Shown here: piece by piece, positions 60,968 through 64,000 of the stretch
How the letters are laid out: every line of letters begins with the position of its first letter
How positions within the stretch are numbered: position 1 is the stretch's first letter
NCBI GenBank assembly: GCA_964499705.1
Contig: CAZCME010000004.1
Span: forward strand, 186,001-250,000
Length of the DNA: 64,000 nt
Source: an uncultured bacterium
GTDB lineage: Bacteria; UBA8481
Reading direction: 5' to 3'
The notes under the pieces: generated by a model
What the model saw: only the letters and a program-made list of their open reading frames with translations
What the model was told of the DNA's origin: nothing
Databases searched by the model: none
Translations under genes and position numbers: made by a program

Positions 60968-62467
60968 TTATTTCAAGATTGCTACGGCTCGTCTAAGAAC
61001 TAGAAGTCCACATATGAAGACTCCTGACCAAAGGGCAAGACACCATGGCCAGGGAATCCCAACCTTATATGCGTAGAAGGGCCAGAAATCAGGCGTCGCT
61101 CGTAGCGCCTTCGTTGCAGGATACCCGCCTGCAGGTAAAGGCGCATCAGTCAATGCATCCGGAAGGCGAGAAAGATCGAACTGAAGAGCAACATGCCTGA
61201 TTTCCCACAAGGGAGAGTATTCCACGTGCGTTGCTGAAAGAAGAGGATCGATTCCATTTTCCACCAGATAATCATGATAACTGTCGATGCTGACCAACCC
61301 ACCCCACAGCTGAATCGCCAGCGACAGCAGGGCCAAACCCATGGCCAGCGAGCGGAATTTGCCATGAAAGGGAAAGAGATCAGCCATGCAACAACAGAGA
61401 AAGGGCAACGCGCATGCAAGGTACCTGGGGCCCCAACCCATGCCCCCGTGCCACGTGGCGAGCGTCGCGAAAAAAAAGCAGTAGACGAGTGGGATTCCGG
61501 CGTACACCGACAATTCCCTCCACTTTCCATTTGTCACGACACGGCGCCACGCAATCGGAACCAGCCACAAAACCGGTCCGTATATCAGCAAGCCCCGATT
61601 GGAAGAAATGAGAAGTCCAAATAGTCCCGACAATATGGAAGCACGAAACTGGCCCGCCGTTTCCAGGTCGGGATATCCCAAGGCCCATGGTGAACCAAAT
61701 CGAAATGCGTTATATGCAAGCAGCAGGATGGCGAAAGGGAAGCTGCCAACCAACAAAGCAGCGGACGATCTTACATCCCAGCGCTTCAATATGAAATTGA
61801 CACCGGCGATAACGAGGATAACTCCGATGATCGCGTCATAACGAACATTGACCGAGAATCCCAGGATGCCGCCTCCGAGCACATGCCATTTCCAATGCGA
61901 TTCCAGGAGTAATCTGAATGCGAGCAGGAACAGAAGTCCGACGAGCACGGAGTTCGACTGGTGCTTGGACCAGACGAACGCAGGGGTCATGAATGCATAA
62001 AGAAGAGCGGCCAAGCCGGAAGCTCGCGCCGGGCGGCCGAGACGAACCATCACCATGAAGATCAGCATGGCAGTACAAGCGGTCGCGAACGCATTGGTCA
62101 ACGACATGCCGGCCTGCGCGAGATAGTGAACCGAACCATGAGCTTGTCCAGCAAGGCGCCCCAGGGCGTAGAAGGGGAAATAGGCAAGCGGCCCCCCCAG
62201 GCCATAGTAGGAATATTGCCTTCCGTCCGTCCCCGAAACGGTGTTGAGATGTCTCGTCCTGTCTTTGGATTGCACGTTCAGATCGATCCTGCTCCAGAGC
62301 GAATCGACGACCTCAAAGTTCGTATGATCATCCATCGTGTAAAGATGCCCTCCCGAGAAAGCGATATTCAGGAGGAAAATCGCGAGAAAAATGCAGAACT
62401 CAGCGCGTCGCGACAGTTCGGATAGAGTTGCTTCAGACGGAGCAGGATCTAACGTTGCGGAGCGCAC
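60968..62467 (-). CDS. GT-C fold (PMT/ArnT-like) membrane glycosyltransferase
   Basis: Many TMs, acidic TMDD after the first TM, YN..RFG, WHGG.GWGPRYL. Confidence 0.7.
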   Translation of the reverse strand: MRSATLDPAPSEATLSELSRRAEFCIFLAIFLLNIAFSGGHLYTMDDHTNFEVVDSLWSRIDLNVQSKDRTRHLNTVSGTDGRQYSYYGLGGPLAYFPFYALGRLAGQAHGSVHYLAQAGMSLTNAFATACTAMLIFMVMVRLGRPARASGLAALLYAFMTPAFVWSKHQSNSVLVGLLFLLAFRLLLESHWKWHVLGGGILGFSVNVRYDAIIGVILVIAGVNFILKRWDVRSSAALLVGSFPFAILLLAYNAFRFGSPWALGYPDLETAGQFRASILSGLFGLLISSNRGLLIYGPVLWLVPIAWRRVVTNGKWRELSVYAGIPLVYCFFFATLATWHGGMGWGPRYLACALPFLCCCMADLFPFHGKFRSLAMGLALLSLAIQLWGGLVSIDSYHDYLVENGIDPLLSATHVEYSPLWEIRHVALQFDLSRLPDALTDAPLPAGGYPATKALRATPDFWPFYAYKVGIPWPWCLALWSGVFICGLLVLRRAVAILK

Positions 62468-62532
62468 GATCTCAGCTTACTCGCGCAGTACGCACTTTTC
62501 AACGGCGCCGCCATTGAATAGCATGGACGTCC

Positions 62533-63729
62533 ATGTCCCTTTTCCTCGATCACGGCGGCCCTCGCTTTCCGCAGATCATTCACGTCAACCAGCCCAACAT
62601 CGCTTCCCGTGAAAAATTCATGTCCTTCGTGAATGACATCCTCGATTCGCGCTGGCTCACGAACGACGGGCCGTACGTCCGCCAATTGGAACAGCTCGTC
62701 GCCGCACATCACGATGTCCGTCACTGCGTCGCCGTCTGCAACGGAACCATCGCCCTGCAGCTCGCGATTCGAGCGCTGGACCTGAAGGGCGAGGTCATCC
62801 TCCCTTCCTTCACATTCGTCGCCACCGCGCACGCGCTCGAATGGCAGGGCATCACCCCCGTTTTCTGCGATGTCGACCCGGATACGCTCACGATGGATCC
62901 GCATCGGGCGGAGGAACTCATCAGCGACAGGACCAGCGCCCTTCTTCCCGTTCATCTCTTCTCAAACGCCTGTGATACCGAGGCGATCGAAAACCTTGCG
63001 CGCCGCAGAAATCTTCAAGTTCTCTATGACGCGGCCCATTGCTTCGGCTCCTCGTTCCAGGGAAGGAAGTTCGGCGGGTTCGGCCACGCTGAAATATTCA
63101 GCTTCCACGCCACGAAGATCTTCAACACATTCGAAGGCGGAGCCGTCCTGACGGACGACGATGAACTGGCGTCGCGATTGCGGCTGATGCGCAATTTCGG
63201 CTTCACGGGATACGACCGCGTGGACCACATCGGCACGAACGCGAAGCTGGCCGAGATCCCGGCCGCCCAGGGATGCGCTCTCATGGACGATGTTCCAGGC
63301 CTCATCCTGCATAACATGGAAAACCGTTCGATCTACTTGAACGAGCTCTCCTCGATTCCCGGAATCACCCTGTTCCCGTTTCGCCCCGGACTGGAATCCA
63401 ACGGCCAGTATGCGGTCATCTTCGTGGATGAAGCGCGATTCGGCCTTTCGCGCGATCTCCTCTATGACGCTCTCTGGGAGGAAAACGTGCGGGCGCGACG
63501 GTATTTTTCTCCGGGTTGTCACCGCATGGAACCCTATGCGTCATCCGCGCGGTTTCGGAAGGGAGACCTCTCCGTGACGGAGAGTCGGCTTGCGGAAATT
63601 CTCTGCCTGCCGACAGGTTCCGCCGTCAGCGCGTCGACAGCGCGCGAGATCAGCGCTCTCATCAGGGAATATCATGAGCGCGCGATCGAAGTCGCCGCGT
63701 GGTATCGTCACCGCCCGGAGAGTCGCTGA
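62533..63729 (+). CDS. DegT/DnrJ/EryC1/StrS-family NDP-sugar aminotransferase
   Basis: NGTIAL, YDAAH, FSFHATKIFNTFEGG (PLP Lys), RRYF.P. Confidence 0.93.
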   Translation: MSLFLDHGGPRFPQIIHVNQPNIASREKFMSFVNDILDSRWLTNDGPYVRQLEQLVAAHHDVRHCVAVCNGTIALQLAIRALDLKGEVILPSFTFVATAHALEWQGITPVFCDVDPDTLTMDPHRAEELISDRTSALLPVHLFSNACDTEAIENLARRRNLQVLYDAAHCFGSSFQGRKFGGFGHAEIFSFHATKIFNTFEGGAVLTDDDELASRLRLMRNFGFTGYDRVDHIGTNAKLAEIPAAQGCALMDDVPGLILHNMENRSIYLNELSSIPGITLFPFRPGLESNGQYAVIFVDEARFGLSRDLLYDALWEENVRARRYFSPGCHRMEPYASSARFRKGDLSVTESRLAEILCLPTGSAVSASTAREISALIREYHERAIEVAAWYRHRPESR

Positions 63730-63753
63730 AAAGTTTCGGCTCGCCGGATTGCG

Positions 63754-64000
63754 TCAGCTCATATGCGCCAGAAACCACTCCTGGCATGTCTGATCCATGG
63801 CTTCCGCCATATCCACGGATGCCGCTGCCACGAAGCCCCAGTGCGTGACGGTGTCGGTGTTCACGTAGGCAAAGGCGCCCTGTCTTCCGAACGAAACGAC
63901 GTTCCTGAACTGTTCCAGCGCTCCGAGACAGGTCCGGACTCTCTGTTCGAATCCCACGCGGAATCTCGGGTACGAATGCGAAACGCGTTCCACGAATTGT
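63754..64000 (-). CDS. FAD-dependent oxidoreductase, C-terminal part (truncated by window edge)
   Basis: SYP, GRQGAFAYVNTD resembling the C-terminal GR.G.F.Y.N.D motif of amine-oxidase-like enzymes of glycan loci. Confidence 0.65.
   Translation of the reverse strand, partial: QFVERVSHSYPRFRVGFEQRVRTCLGALEQFRNVVSFGRQGAFAYVNTDTVTHWGFVAAASVDMAEAMDQTCQEWFLAHMS

Overview
GC-rich bacterial chromosomal segment, probably from a diderm (it encodes an outer-membrane beta-barrel and a lipoprotein), apparently of a divergent lineage; I cannot assign taxonomy from sequence alone. Housekeeping content: dapB-folB-folK; rpsB-tsf-pyrH-frr-uppS-cdsA; carD-TPR-rpsU-galU-menG; uvrA; alr-thiL-tsaE-tsaB-rimI; and a contiguous str/S10/spc/alpha ribosomal supercluster (rpsL to rplQ, no rpmD). 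Accessory content: (i) a MoxR AAA+/DUF58/VWA/ABC-transporter operon of unknown function; (ii) an AT-rich GxxExxY nuclease gene inserted in that operon between 27-bp inverted repeats built from 9-bp units, with a gene-less copy of the same repeat embedded in the signal peptide of apbE about 20 kb away (best candidate for an undescribed mobile system); (iii) two copies of a 70-78 bp palindrome bracketing hsp20-hsp20-FGGY kinase; (iv) a probably Fur-family-regulated operon of porin, FMN-binding protein, membrane protein, ApbE (one in-frame TAG), NusG-domain-II fusion and Gx transporter, resembling flavinylation-based extracytosolic electron transfer loci; (v) an HTH + AbiEii-like nucleotidyltransferase pair on a leaderless, operator-bearing promoter; (vi) the edge of a surface-glycan locus. 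No rRNA, tRNA, CRISPR array or transposase was recognised. All calls come from reading motifs; no database searches were run.
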